A DNA stretch of 64,000 nucleotides from Candidatus Sericytochromatia bacterium (GCA_035285865.1 JAYKHS010000014.1:123811-187810); one strand, 5' to 3'; shown: positions 41,044 to 51,144, numbered from the stretch's first letter. Made by a program: numbers and translations. Notes: a model not told the origin generated them from the sequence alone.

Positions 41044-42351
41044 ATGGACGACGAGTCCTACGGGCTGAACTGGCCCGGGCGCAGGGCGGCGATCGCCGAG
41101 GCTGCCGCGCCGCCTTCAGGCAGGCTCGATGGGCTACCGGGATCGGGCCGCAGTGAAGACACCACGCGCAACACGCTTGTCATCGGGGACAACCTCGAGG
41201 CCATGAAGCTGCTGCTGCCTGAGCACGCCGGCCAGGTCAAGCTGGCCTATCTGGATCCCCCGTACAACACCGGGCAGGCGCTGGTCTACGACGATCGGTT
41301 CGGCGGTCGCCGGCGAAGGCACGGTGCCGATGCGGCCCATGCTGACCTGCGCGCGCGGCGCCACGCGGGATGGCTCTCCATGATGCTGCCCCGCCTGATG
41401 CTGGTGCGCGAACTGCTCGATGCTCGTGGTGCCGTGATGATCAGCCTTGATGATGCGGAGTTGCCACGCGCCCGCGAACTCTGCGACGAGGTCTTCGGGC
41501 CCGATCAATTTTTGGCGACGCTGGTGTGGGAGAAGGTTCACACCCGCAAGAACGCGGCACGCGGCTTCTCTGTCAGCCATGAGTACGTGCTGGCCTATGC
41601 GCGCGAGGCCCGACGCTGGGACCGGGTGCTGCTCCCGCGTGTCGACGCCGGGGCCTACCGCAATCCCGACGATGACCCGCGCGGACCGTGGAAGCTGGAT
41701 CCCGTGACGGCGCACAATCCCTACTCGGCCCGCTATAGCCTGCCGACACCGTGGGGCACGCCGCTGCCGCCGCCGGAAGGGAGATTCTGGGCGTTCAGCG
41801 CGGAGACCCTGCGGCGCAAGGAGGCCGAGGGAGCCCTGGTCTGGGGGCGTCCCGGCCGGTATCCGATGATCAAGCGCTATCTGTCCGAGGTCCAGGGGGG
41901 GCTCGTGCCGACCACCTTGCTGACGCGTGCGATGGTCGGGGATACGGCAACGGCGAGGCGGGAGCTGGATGGGGTCTTGGGCGCCAAAGGCGTGTTCGAG
42001 TACCCGAAGCCCCTGGCCCTCATCCGTCATCTGTTGCGTGTCGCGACGCGTCCAGACGATCTGGTGCTGGATGCCTTCGGTGGAGCAGGGACAACAGGGC
42101 ACGCCGTCTGGCTCGAGAACCAGGCGGATGGCGGCAACCGTCGCTGGATCACGTTGCAGCGGCCGGAGCCGGTTTCCGAGGATGTGCCCCGCCAGCGCCT
42201 GTCAGCCCGCTACTGCCGGCTGCACGGCGAGGCGCAGGATCTTGCGCAGGTGACACGCCTGAGGCTGTTGCGCGCAGCGGAGCAGCTCGGCGATCCGGGG
42301 CCGGCGGACACGGGGTTTCGTGTCCGGGTCGTCAGGCCACCCGAGCCTTGA
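41044..42351 (+). CDS. beta-class N6-adenine/N4-cytosine DNA methyltransferase (Type III Mod-like)
   Basis: Starts 2 nt after the SbcC-like stop. Motif IV DPPYN near the N-terminus and motif I LDAFGGAGTTGHA near the C-terminus (beta-class order), with a putative target-recognition region between them. Confidence 0.8.
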   Translation: MDDESYGLNWPGRRAAIAEAAAPPSGRLDGLPGSGRSEDTTRNTLVIGDNLEAMKLLLPEHAGQVKLAYLDPPYNTGQALVYDDRFGGRRRRHGADAAHADLRARRHAGWLSMMLPRLMLVRELLDARGAVMISLDDAELPRARELCDEVFGPDQFLATLVWEKVHTRKNAARGFSVSHEYVLAYAREARRWDRVLLPRVDAGAYRNPDDDPRGPWKLDPVTAHNPYSARYSLPTPWGTPLPPPEGRFWAFSAETLRRKEAEGALVWGRPGRYPMIKRYLSEVQGGLVPTTLLTRAMVGDTATARRELDGVLGAKGVFEYPKPLALIRHLLRVATRPDDLVLDAFGGAGTTGHAVWLENQADGGNRRWITLQRPEPVSEDVPRQRLSARYCRLHGEAQDLAQVTRLRLLRAAEQLGDPGPADTGFRVRVVRPPEP

Positions 42352-42997
42352 CGAGGCCTTCCAGCTTGCGGCGCGCTTCGGCCAGATCGAGGGCGGCCGT
42401 GTCGCCCTGGCGCAGTGTCCGGTTGAGCAGTCTTGCGATGTCCACCACCTGTTCGGGATCCCGCGGACGCGTCTGGGTGACGCGCAGGGCGTGCTGGGCC
42501 ATCTGCGCCACCTCCCCGGCGTGGTCGGCCCCGGACTGCTGACGGACCTCGCAAAGTGCCGTGGCGAGCCCATGAGCGGCGGTGTGCAGGCGATTGACGG
42601 TCTCGGGGATGGCCTGACCCGCAACGCGGCCATTCCTCGCCTTGTAGGCCAGCACGGCCAGTCGGGCATCCAGCTCGGGCAGCGTGCAGGCGCCGTAGGG
42701 CTCCAGTTCGCGTGCACCGTCCATGATCAGCTGGACGAATTCGCTGTCGTAGGGGGCCACGTCCCAGTCGCGGATGCTCTCCATCGGCATGGTGACCAGC
42801 ACGCTGCGTACCCGGTTCAGGAACTCCAGCCGAGCCTCGGCATGGGCCACGGCCGCCAGAAGTTGCCGGCGCGACCCGCCGAGGCGCCTGGCCGTCCGCA
42901 TCATCTCGGGAACTTCCAACCGCACCAGCCGATGCTGCCGCTCGACGAGGGCAACGAGGCTGCGGCGGGCCGCTTCGCGGGAGGGCAGGAAGGACAT
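42332..42997 (-). CDS. hypothetical protein
   Basis: Coding-like ORF (start MSFLPSREAARR) convergent with the methyltransferase. No recognisable domain. Confidence 0.35.
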   Translation of the reverse strand: MSFLPSREAARRSLVALVERQHRLVRLEVPEMMRTARRLGGSRRQLLAAVAHAEARLEFLNRVRSVLVTMPMESIRDWDVAPYDSEFVQLIMDGARELEPYGACTLPELDARLAVLAYKARNGRVAGQAIPETVNRLHTAAHGLATALCEVRQQSGADHAGEVAQMAQHALRVTQTRPRDPEQVVDIARLLNRTLRQGDTAALDLAEARRKLEGLVKARVA

Positions 42998-43110
42998 CGG
43001 CGGAACCTCGAGGGTGGCAGGGGAACACCCTGAAGTTCGTGCCGTTTTCTTGCCTGCCAAACACTTTCCGAGGATTCTTGACCCTCGTTTCACAAGGAAT
43101 CCGAAGGCTG

Positions 43111-46100
43111 TCAGGATTCGATTAAAGGTTTGTCAAGCGTTGCAAGGATCTGCCTGACGTGGTTCAGGCCGGGTTCATGCCCCAGGGCCTCGGCCTGTTC
43201 AAGAGCGTCCAGAGCCTGCTGGCGGGCCTCGGCCGGTCGGCCAAGCCTGGTCAGGGTATCGGCATGCAGCAATGCAAGCGGCAGTGCGTACTCGCGGTCG
43301 CCGACAGGCTGGAAGGCCGCTCGGGCCTTCTCGACCAAGGTAAGGCAGGCCTCGTCGCGGCCGAGGGCCGCCGCCGTCCAGGCCTGATAGGTGTGGTCCG
43401 GGATCTGGAAGGCCGTGCGCGTGGTTTCCGGTAGTCCGGCCCAGACCGCATCGGCCTCGGCCATCAGGCGGTCCGTGGCCTCTATCCGACCAAGGTGGGC
43501 TTCTGCAAGAGCCTCGAGCCTCAGGGCGAGGGCGTGGATGGTCTTGTTTCCGCCTTCCTCGGCGAGGACGCGAGATCGTGTCGCCTCCCGCCGCATGGTG
43601 TCGTTCTCGCCAAGGGCATGGGCCTGCAGGGCCAGATTCAGGCGGACAGCCGGTTCGTTCTGTGTTCCTGCGTGGGTATCAGCAACGAGCAAGCTCTCGG
43701 CGAAGGCTGATCGCGCAAGCTCATGCTGGCCTACCAGACCATGGGCATTGCCAATGAAGCCCAAGACATTGAATAGGGTACTCCAGTCCTGCCGTTCCCT
43801 TAGCCCCCCGAGGCCGGCCACGAGGCTGGCGATGGAGTGCCGGACAGCCGATCCGTCGGTTCGCGTCATCAGTACCATCATCAGGGCCCAGGCACGTAGC
43901 GACATCGCTTGCGAGAGATGTCCCCACAGGGATTCGAAGGCCACTGCATACCGGCAGGTTTCGGCCGCGTCCTCGATGGCACCGGTCCTGAACTGCAAGC
44001 GGCTCAGGTAGAGCATGCTTCTGAGGTACGGCCAGCCTGCATCCACCGATCTCGCCATCGACGATGCCATTTCGTAATGCGAGATGGCGGAGACATAGTC
44101 TCCCGAAAGCTCTGCGACCATCGCGACGCTGGAAAGGATATGCGCCTTGCTCTCGACATCCTGTAACGTCTCCGCCAAGGCCAAGGCAATGTCGAGGTGC
44201 CGCTTGGCCTCGCCGAGATTTCCTTTGCCTTTGAGAATTCGTCCTAGAATCTCGTGGCGCGCCAACTTGAGATGCGGTTCTGCGGTCAGGCCGCAGGCTC
44301 CTTCCAGTGCAAGGGCCTTGCGGCAACAAGACTCGGCATCTTGTGTGGCATGGTGCGTCATCGCCCAGACGGCAGCATGGTCCAGATGCATCAGGGCCGC
44401 TCCGTAGGCCCCCGATCTTTCCCGATGTCGAGCCAGTCGAACGCTCGCAGGAGATGGCTGTACGCCGTGGACACGCTCCAGCCAGTCCGCAGCGTCCCGG
44501 TGAACCCTCGTCTTCTGGGCATCGAGCAGTTGGTCCTGCAGCGCTTCGCGAACCAGGTTGTTGCGGAAGGTCAGCAGGCCCGGGCTTCCCGCGGTGTCGG
44601 CATCCAGCAAGTTGGCCTCCACCAGATGGCCGAGCGCCCGATCGAGGGAAGAGCGGGATGGATAACCCCCGTGCAGGGCCATCAGCAGTTCCGGTTCCGC
44701 CTCTGTGCCGACCACACAGAGGATTTTCAGCAGGGTCTGCTCGGCTGCCGGCAAGGGGTCGATTCGGCGAAGGAGCGCAGCCTGGATGGTCGGGGGCAGA
44801 TCCAACTCGCCCGGCTGGCCATCGGTACCGCCGGGGGAGGCAAGCACGGTGTCGGCGAGTTCTTCGAGGAACAGCGGGTGCCCCCCGGCCAACGTCAGGA
44901 TGCGTTCCAGCACGCGAGCTGGCGGTGCCACGTTCCCGAAGCGACGAAGCAGCAGCAGACGTGAAGCGTTTGGATCGAGGGGGTCGACCTGCACGATGTC
45001 CGGAATGCTACCGGTGAACATGACTTCGAACCAGTCGGTCCTCGGCAGCGAGGTTGCCAGAAGGACGAGATCCTTCCGCCTTCGGAGCAGTTCCCGGACA
45101 AGCTGGCCGGATGCCGAGTCCAGCAGGTGCGCATCGTCGATCAGCAACAGCGTCGGTCCGGTTGCCAGCAAACGCAAGGTCGCCGCTCCCACGGCCCGGA
45201 TCCAGCCTTCGTCGTCGTTCGGGTCCAAGTCGTCGCTTGCGCCATGGTCGGGATGCAGGATACCGGCCAGAAGGGCTTGATCCTGACGCGACAAGCGTGG
45301 AGCACGCGTGTCCCAGAGTCGGGCCAGAGGCTCTCGCCAAGGCTGGAGCGGACTGCCGGAGCGAGCGGTCCTTCCGGCCAGATGAATGAACTCCTTGAAC
45401 TCGGGTCCAAGTGCCTCGGCCACGCCCTCGAGCAGGGTCGACTTGCCGAGTCCGGGCTCCCCAAGGACACAGATCGGTCCTCTGGCGCCAGCGCTGGCTC
45501 CCGGGGCAAGGCGCGCCATCAGGCTGGCCATCAAGTCCTCCCGGCCCAGCAGATCGGCGAGGCGAAAGCGCGGACGCCTGCGCCAGTGGTGCGGTTCGTA
45601 CACATTCACGGGAACGGCCTTGCCCTTGAGCGTCAGGGGCGCACCCGGCCGGAGGACCATCTGGACGCCGACAGGCTTGGCCGTGGCCTCATCCATCAGG
45701 ATGCTCTCCCCGGCCTTGGTCATCAGCCTCGCGGCCAGATTCACCACGTCGCCCATCACCGTGTATTCGACGCGGGTGCTGCTGCCGACTTCGCCGCAGT
45801 AGGCCCTTCCGGTCGCGATGCCGATGCCGCCACGGATACCCGCAGCACGAAGTTGGTCTTGCAGGGCCAGCGCAAGCCGAAGGGCCGTGACAGCCGCATC
45901 CGGTCTCGTGCGCGGGGGCAGGCCTGTCGCGATGAGCGCCGAAACACCTTTGTCATCGACGCTCAGCTTGTCCAACGAACCGTCGTGGCGGTCGATGCTC
46001 TCCTGCAAGCCACGGATGACGGATTGAGCCCGCTGTCCGGTTTCGAGGCCGGGCAACCGGACAAATAGGATGGTCACCTGCCGAAGCTCGCCCAGCCAAC

Positions 46101-46794
46101 CGTCCTGCTCCGATCCGAGATGGGCCTGGACACGCTCGGGAAGCAGGGCTAGCCCGGCTTCGAGCACCGCAGCAGCGGCCGGGGGCGGTGCTGCCGCATC
46201 CGGACGGATGGCCTTGCCCTCGGCTCTAAGCGCCTCGGCCTCAGGCGTCAGGGCGAGTTGACCCGGGCCGAGCCCCTCCGCGCTGGCGGCAAGGGCGGCA
46301 AGTGCCGTTCCCTGAAGCAACGGGAGCCAGCGGCCGCGATGCCCCCCGAGCAGGCTGTAGACCAGCGGGCCGGCACCCAGAACGGCCTTGATGGGCAGCG
46401 GGGACGAGGAATCCTCGCCCGTGGGCTGTTCGAACAGGGCGCGAGCGCAGGCCTCGGCGCTGGCGATGGCCGAGGGCAGTCCGGCCTCGTCCGGACACCG
46501 CCAGAGCGCAAGCACCGCATCCCCCGCAAAGGAGGCCAGATCTCCGCCGAAGGAGGTGATCATCCTGCTGATGCGGCCGAAGTCGACGTTCAGGCGGTCT
46601 GTCAGGTGCTCGGCACCGGAACGGCTCTCGGCGGCCAATCGCTCGGTCAGGGCCGTGAAGCCCACGATGTCCAGCCAGAGCAGGGCGGTGGGCTGTTCGC
46701 GGGTGTACGGGCGCTCGCTTCGCGACAAGGCTCCGGCGACCCAGTGCGGCAGGTAGGCTGCCACCCGGTGCCGACGCTCAACTCCCTCGGTCAC
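43111..46794 (-). CDS. multidomain adenylate/guanylate cyclase - AAA ATPase - TPR protein
   Basis: 1227 aa. Two class III cyclase-like domains (LLWLDIVGFTAL; EYTVMGDVVNLAARL), a P-loop NTPase (VLGEPGLGKSTL), and C-terminal TPR repeats. Confidence 0.8.
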   Translation of the reverse strand: MTEGVERRHRVAAYLPHWVAGALSRSERPYTREQPTALLWLDIVGFTALTERLAAESRSGAEHLTDRLNVDFGRISRMITSFGGDLASFAGDAVLALWRCPDEAGLPSAIASAEACARALFEQPTGEDSSSPLPIKAVLGAGPLVYSLLGGHRGRWLPLLQGTALAALAASAEGLGPGQLALTPEAEALRAEGKAIRPDAAAPPPAAAAVLEAGLALLPERVQAHLGSEQDGWLGELRQVTILFVRLPGLETGQRAQSVIRGLQESIDRHDGSLDKLSVDDKGVSALIATGLPPRTRPDAAVTALRLALALQDQLRAAGIRGGIGIATGRAYCGEVGSSTRVEYTVMGDVVNLAARLMTKAGESILMDEATAKPVGVQMVLRPGAPLTLKGKAVPVNVYEPHHWRRRPRFRLADLLGREDLMASLMARLAPGASAGARGPICVLGEPGLGKSTLLEGVAEALGPEFKEFIHLAGRTARSGSPLQPWREPLARLWDTRAPRLSRQDQALLAGILHPDHGASDDLDPNDDEGWIRAVGAATLRLLATGPTLLLIDDAHLLDSASGQLVRELLRRRKDLVLLATSLPRTDWFEVMFTGSIPDIVQVDPLDPNASRLLLLRRFGNVAPPARVLERILTLAGGHPLFLEELADTVLASPGGTDGQPGELDLPPTIQAALLRRIDPLPAAEQTLLKILCVVGTEAEPELLMALHGGYPSRSSLDRALGHLVEANLLDADTAGSPGLLTFRNNLVREALQDQLLDAQKTRVHRDAADWLERVHGVQPSPASVRLARHRERSGAYGAALMHLDHAAVWAMTHHATQDAESCCRKALALEGACGLTAEPHLKLARHEILGRILKGKGNLGEAKRHLDIALALAETLQDVESKAHILSSVAMVAELSGDYVSAISHYEMASSMARSVDAGWPYLRSMLYLSRLQFRTGAIEDAAETCRYAVAFESLWGHLSQAMSLRAWALMMVLMTRTDGSAVRHSIASLVAGLGGLRERQDWSTLFNVLGFIGNAHGLVGQHELARSAFAESLLVADTHAGTQNEPAVRLNLALQAHALGENDTMRREATRSRVLAEEGGNKTIHALALRLEALAEAHLGRIEATDRLMAEADAVWAGLPETTRTAFQIPDHTYQAWTAAALGRDEACLTLVEKARAAFQPVGDREYALPLALLHADTLTRLGRPAEARQQALDALEQAEALGHEPGLNHVRQILATLDKPLIES

Positions 46795-46810
46795 GGGTAC
46801 ATGCTAGGCC

Positions 46811-47566
46811 ATGGACACTCAAGCTGCACGGTATTCCTCGAGTCTGCCCCGACTCTTTCGCCCTGCCACGGTGGTCGCTGTGGCTCTTATGGCCGCTGCC
46901 TGTCAGGCAAACACTCCGACCGTGGCTGGTCAGGATGTCGCCACCCCCGCCGCGACTGCTCCGGTCGTGACGGGCCGAGTCGTCGGCACCTCGGGGCAGG
47001 CCGTGGCCGACGTCCTGGTGGAGGCCTTCGGGCATCGGTTGGATCGGACTCCTGTGACGCTGCCCAACGGTCAGACGGCGCTGATTTTTCTCGATGTGCT
47101 TGGCCTCGACCCCCTGCGGGGTGGACGTACCCTGCAGTCCTCCGCGCCGCCGTCCGCGAGGACCGATGGCGAAGGTCGGTTCAGCCTCCAGCTTCCCGGG
47201 GCTGGCGTCTACAACGTCGAGGCGGTCGTCTCGCCCGCGGAGAAGGCCTGGAAGAGCAAGATCGATGTGGCTTCTGTTTCGGTTCCCATCGGGGACATGG
47301 CCCTCGCTGCGACGTCGGTCCTGACGGGCCGCCTGACGATGCCCGACAATCCGGGCTCGCCTGATGGGGCGGAGGTCTACATCGCCGGGTCCGTCTACCG
47401 GACGACCGCCGATGCCAGTGGGCAGTACCGCTTCGAGAACGTGCCGGCCGGGACCGTGGACGTCATGGCGTTCAAGGAAAACTTGCGCGGCAAGGCCGTC
47501 TGCATCTCGGTCGCACCCGGTGGCCAGACGGCTGCGCCGGATGCGCCGATGCAGGCAGTGCCCTGA
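46811..47566 (+). CDS. carboxypeptidase-regulatory-like domain lipoprotein
   Basis: Lipobox LMAAAC. Two CarbopepD_reg-like beta-sandwich repeats (TGRVVGTSGQAVADVLVE; TGRLTMPDNPGSPDGAEVYIAGS). Confidence 0.55.
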   Translation: MDTQAARYSSSLPRLFRPATVVAVALMAAACQANTPTVAGQDVATPAATAPVVTGRVVGTSGQAVADVLVEAFGHRLDRTPVTLPNGQTALIFLDVLGLDPLRGGRTLQSSAPPSARTDGEGRFSLQLPGAGVYNVEAVVSPAEKAWKSKIDVASVSVPIGDMALAATSVLTGRLTMPDNPGSPDGAEVYIAGSVYRTTADASGQYRFENVPAGTVDVMAFKENLRGKAVCISVAPGGQTAAPDAPMQAVP

Positions 47567-47615
47567 CACACGGGCATTTAGGCTACGTCGGTATCTCGTC
47601 GAGACATCCGTGGCA

Positions 47616-48329
47616 ATGATGGGGGGTGGAGTGGACAACCTGCATCAGGGATTGCGATCGCTCTTCGAGGCCGGGACGGCGGAACTTGGCGCCCATCCGC
47701 GATTCGTTCGGCTCGAACGGGGTGAGGCGACACGCGACGAGGCCCTGGACCTGATCCGGCAGTTGGCGCGCACCCACCTGAAGTCGCCGCGTATCCTCGC
47801 CTTCCTCTATGCGGTGGCCCCGCCCGACGATGGCGATTCGGTGCTGCACAATCTGCTCGAGGAGCTGGGCTTGGAGGAGGAAGATGGCGTGAGCCATCCC
47901 GAGATGCTGAAGGACGTCATCCGGCACGCGGGCCTCGCGCACGAGCTGCCCCGTCTCGAGGCGCTGGCCCGTGAGGATGTCCGCAAGATCGTGACCGACC
48001 CGCTGCTGTACGGTACGCTGCGGGACGTGGGCTACGCGGCGCTGGTCGAGACGGTGGCCTTCGAGTACATGCTCAGCCGCATGGCCAGCCGGATGGCCAA
48101 GGCCCTGAGGAGCATCCTCGGCTTGTCGGATGCGGGGCTCGCCTGGTTCACGCATCACTCCGAGGTGGACATCCGGCACGCCGAGGAGGGGCTCGATACC
48201 CTCGTCCGCTTTGCCGATCACTATGAGATCCCCGTCGAGGATGCCTATACGGTGGCTGAGTTGACGCTGCGCGAGAACGTCTTCGTCCAGCGCTACTTCG
48301 GGGCCAATGCGGCGGAGGTCGAGGCGTGA
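47616..48329 (+). CDS. heme-oxygenase-like fold protein (CADD/PqqC/TenA-like, putative iron-dependent oxygenase)
   Basis: All-helical, with spaced Glu/His pairs (NLLEELG, HPEMLKDVIRH, ETVAFEYM, HSEVDIRHAEE) as seen in CADD-like diiron enzymes. Assignment is tentative. Confidence 0.5.
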   Translation: MMGGGVDNLHQGLRSLFEAGTAELGAHPRFVRLERGEATRDEALDLIRQLARTHLKSPRILAFLYAVAPPDDGDSVLHNLLEELGLEEEDGVSHPEMLKDVIRHAGLAHELPRLEALAREDVRKIVTDPLLYGTLRDVGYAALVETVAFEYMLSRMASRMAKALRSILGLSDAGLAWFTHHSEVDIRHAEEGLDTLVRFADHYEIPVEDAYTVAELTLRENVFVQRYFGANAAEVEA

Positions 48330-49480
48330 CGATCCGGCGTATGGTCATCCAGCCGATGGCCATCCCTTTCGTGGAGGCCTTTGCGCACAGCAGCCATGTC
48401 CGGGCCCATAGCGATGCCGTGGTCGTGCGCCTCGAGGATGAGGATGGCCACGTCGGTCATGGTGAGGGCCTGCCGCGTCCCTACGTCACGGGAGAGACCG
48501 TGGATGGGATGGTTGAGCAACTGCAGGCTTGGTGGCCGGGGCTTGCCGGTCGCGAGGTGCCTGCGGTCGCCGGTCTTGCCGACCTGGACGTATTCGACAC
48601 GTGGTTGGCGGGGGCCGTACCCGAGGGCGTCATCGCCCCGAATGCAGCCCTTGCCGCCCTCGAACTGGCCCTGCTGGACCTGACGCTCCGGCGGGCCGGC
48701 AAAGGTGTGGCCGACATCCTGCCCCCCGTGCGGAGCAGTGTCACGTACAGCGGCGTCGTGACGGCCGGAGACACCGATCAGGCGGTCCGGCACGCCCGTC
48801 AGATGAAGTTGGTCGGTCTCTCGGCCATCAAGGTCAAGGTCGGTCTGGGAGACGATGCGGGACGGCTTCGCGCCATCCGGGCCGGAATGGGGGAAGCGGT
48901 GTCCCTGCGCCTCGATGCGAACGGTGCCTGGGCACCCGAGGACGTCCTGGCACGACTGGAAGAACTTGCCCCCATGGGTGTCGCCGCGGTCGAGCAGCCG
49001 TTGGCCCGAGGCGATCTCGAGGCGTGGGGCCGTCTCAGGGCGGCCAGTCCCGTGCCGATCATGGTCGATGAATCGCTCGTGACGATGGCGGATATGGAAG
49101 CACTCATCGCGTCGCGAGCCTGCGACCTCGTGAACGTGCGCGTTTCCAAGTGCGGAGGGCTTCGTGGTGCCTGGCGACAGGCCGTGCGGGCTCTTGAGGC
49201 GGGCTTGGGCGTCCAGGTCGGCAGCCAGGTCGGAGAGACGGCCATCCTGTCGGCTGCGGGGCGTCATCTGGCCGCTGCGTTGCCGGAGGTCCGCTTCGTG
49301 GAGGGTTCCTTCGGGACGTTGCTGCTTCGCGAGGATCTGTCCCGTGAGGCCGTGCGGTTCGGTCATCGCGGCGAGGCGTCCTTGCTGCGCGGCCCCGGTC
49401 TGGGCGTGGAAATCCTGCCGCAGGTGCGCGATCGGTTTGCCGTGCGCACCGTCGTCTGCGGCTCGGCAGCGGCCGACTGA
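48326..49480 (+). CDS. enolase-superfamily enzyme (MR/MLE subgroup: dipeptide epimerase / N-succinyl-amino-acid racemase / OSBS-like)
   Basis: GTG overlaps the upstream stop. KxK (IKVKVG), metal ligands D (LRLDANGAW), E (VEQPL) and D (IMVDES), and a second Lys in VRVSKCGG. Confidence 0.8.
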   Translation: MTIRRMVIQPMAIPFVEAFAHSSHVRAHSDAVVVRLEDEDGHVGHGEGLPRPYVTGETVDGMVEQLQAWWPGLAGREVPAVAGLADLDVFDTWLAGAVPEGVIAPNAALAALELALLDLTLRRAGKGVADILPPVRSSVTYSGVVTAGDTDQAVRHARQMKLVGLSAIKVKVGLGDDAGRLRAIRAGMGEAVSLRLDANGAWAPEDVLARLEELAPMGVAAVEQPLARGDLEAWGRLRAASPVPIMVDESLVTMADMEALIASRACDLVNVRVSKCGGLRGAWRQAVRALEAGLGVQVGSQVGETAILSAAGRHLAAALPEVRFVEGSFGTLLLREDLSREAVRFGHRGEASLLRGPGLGVEILPQVRDRFAVRTVVCGSAAAD

Positions 49481-51144
49481 TGCTGGCCCGTACCTTCCTC
49501 GCTTTGCGCGAGGCGGGCCACGCCCGGCGCTTCGAGGCGGCACTGCGCGACCCCGCTGCCGCTCAGGCGCGCGTGTTGGCCGCGTTGTGCAGCCGCAATG
49601 CCGAGACGGCCTTCGGCAAGGCCCACGGCTTTGCCGCCATCCGGACCGCTGCGGACTGGCGACGTGCCGTGCCGCTCGGAGACTATGAGACGCATCGCCC
49701 GTGGGTGGAGCGGCTGCTCGCGGGCGAGCGCGGCGTCCTGACGCGGGAAGAGCCCGACAGCTACTGCATCACCAGCGGATCGACGGGCGCGCCCAAGTTG
49801 ATTCCGGTGTCCCATGCCTGGAGGGAGGGCTATGCCGCTCAGACACGGCTCTGGATTCGGGGAGCCTTGCGCGACCACCCGAGGATTTTCGCCGGTCGCA
49901 TCATGGCCTTGGTCAGTCCGGCCGTGGAGGGCTTGACCGAGGGGGGCATGCCTTACGGGTCCATGTCCGGCATGTCGGCCCGCAGGGCGCCATGGCTCGC
50001 CCGCCGGCAGTATGCCCTGCCCTATGCCGTGGCCCTCATCAAGGACCATGAGGCCCGCTACTTCTTCATGGCGCGCGTGGCGATGGCCCAGTCCGTCACG
50101 GCCCTGCTCTCGCCCAATCCCAGCACGCTCCATCGTCTGGCCGGTGTAATCGCCAGTCGGGCAGACGATCTTTTGCGGGCCCTGCACGACGGTACGGTCG
50201 GAGCACCCTTGCCCGATGTCCTGCAACTGGAGGGGCCTGTCGATCTGGCCGAGCGTCTGGCGCCGCATGTGGTGCCCCAGCCCGAACGCGCGCGCCGCCT
50301 GACGGCAGAGGCCTCGCGGGCCGGGGGGCTGACCCCGGCGATGCTCTGGCCCGGTCTCGCCCTCCTTGGCTGCTGGCTGGGCGGCAGTGCCGGAGTCCAG
50401 GCTGCGGGCCTGCGCTCCCTCTACGGTGCGAGCGTGCCCATGCGGGACCTTGGTCTGCTCGCTTCGGAAGGCAGGATGAGCCTGCCGCTCGTGGACGACT
50501 CGGCGGCGGGTGTCCTGAATGTCCACGCCGTGCATTACGAGTTCCTGCCGGAGGACAGCTCTTCGCCGGATCCGGATGCCCCGACGTTGCTGGCCCACGA
50601 GCTGGAGGATGGTGGTCGCTACCGCGTCGTCATCACCCCTGGCCAGGGGCTCTATCGCTACGACATGAACGACATCGTCGAGGTGCGTGGCCATGTCGGT
50701 CGGGCTCCGCGCATCGCCTTCCTGCGCAAGGGGCGCGACATGCTGTCCATGACCGGCGAGAAGCTGCACCTGAACCAGGTTCAGGAGGCCCTGCTGGAAG
50801 CCGTCGCCACGGAGGGGCTGGCGTTGTGGCAATACCGTCTGGTGGCGGACGTGGAGCGCATGGCTTATGACTTGTTGCTCGAGCCGAGCGGGGCACCGTG
50901 GACAGCGGAAGCTGCTGCACGCGTCGCGGCCGGGCTCGACGACGGGCTTTCCCGTCGGAACATCGAATACGCCTCCAAGCGCAAGTCCGGCCGGCTGGGC
51001 CCGCCTCGCCCCGTGCTGATGCGTGCCGGCTGGGCCGAAGCCCTCAGCCGTGCGGCCTTCGCGAGGGGGCGACGGGAGGCCCAATTCAAGTGGAATCCGC
51101 TCGCCGACGCGTGGGACGAGGAGAGTCGTGCATATGTCGCCTGA
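49480..51144 (+). CDS. GH3-family acyl-acid amido synthetase (ANL superfamily)
   Basis: ATG overlaps the upstream TGA. GH3 motifs ITSGSTGAPKLIPVS and YRYDMNDIVEVRG. Length 554 aa. Confidence 0.75.
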   Translation: MLARTFLALREAGHARRFEAALRDPAAAQARVLAALCSRNAETAFGKAHGFAAIRTAADWRRAVPLGDYETHRPWVERLLAGERGVLTREEPDSYCITSGSTGAPKLIPVSHAWREGYAAQTRLWIRGALRDHPRIFAGRIMALVSPAVEGLTEGGMPYGSMSGMSARRAPWLARRQYALPYAVALIKDHEARYFFMARVAMAQSVTALLSPNPSTLHRLAGVIASRADDLLRALHDGTVGAPLPDVLQLEGPVDLAERLAPHVVPQPERARRLTAEASRAGGLTPAMLWPGLALLGCWLGGSAGVQAAGLRSLYGASVPMRDLGLLASEGRMSLPLVDDSAAGVLNVHAVHYEFLPEDSSSPDPDAPTLLAHELEDGGRYRVVITPGQGLYRYDMNDIVEVRGHVGRAPRIAFLRKGRDMLSMTGEKLHLNQVQEALLEAVATEGLALWQYRLVADVERMAYDLLLEPSGAPWTAEAAARVAAGLDDGLSRRNIEYASKRKSGRLGPPRPVLMRAGWAEALSRAAFARGRREAQFKWNPLADAWDEESRAYVA

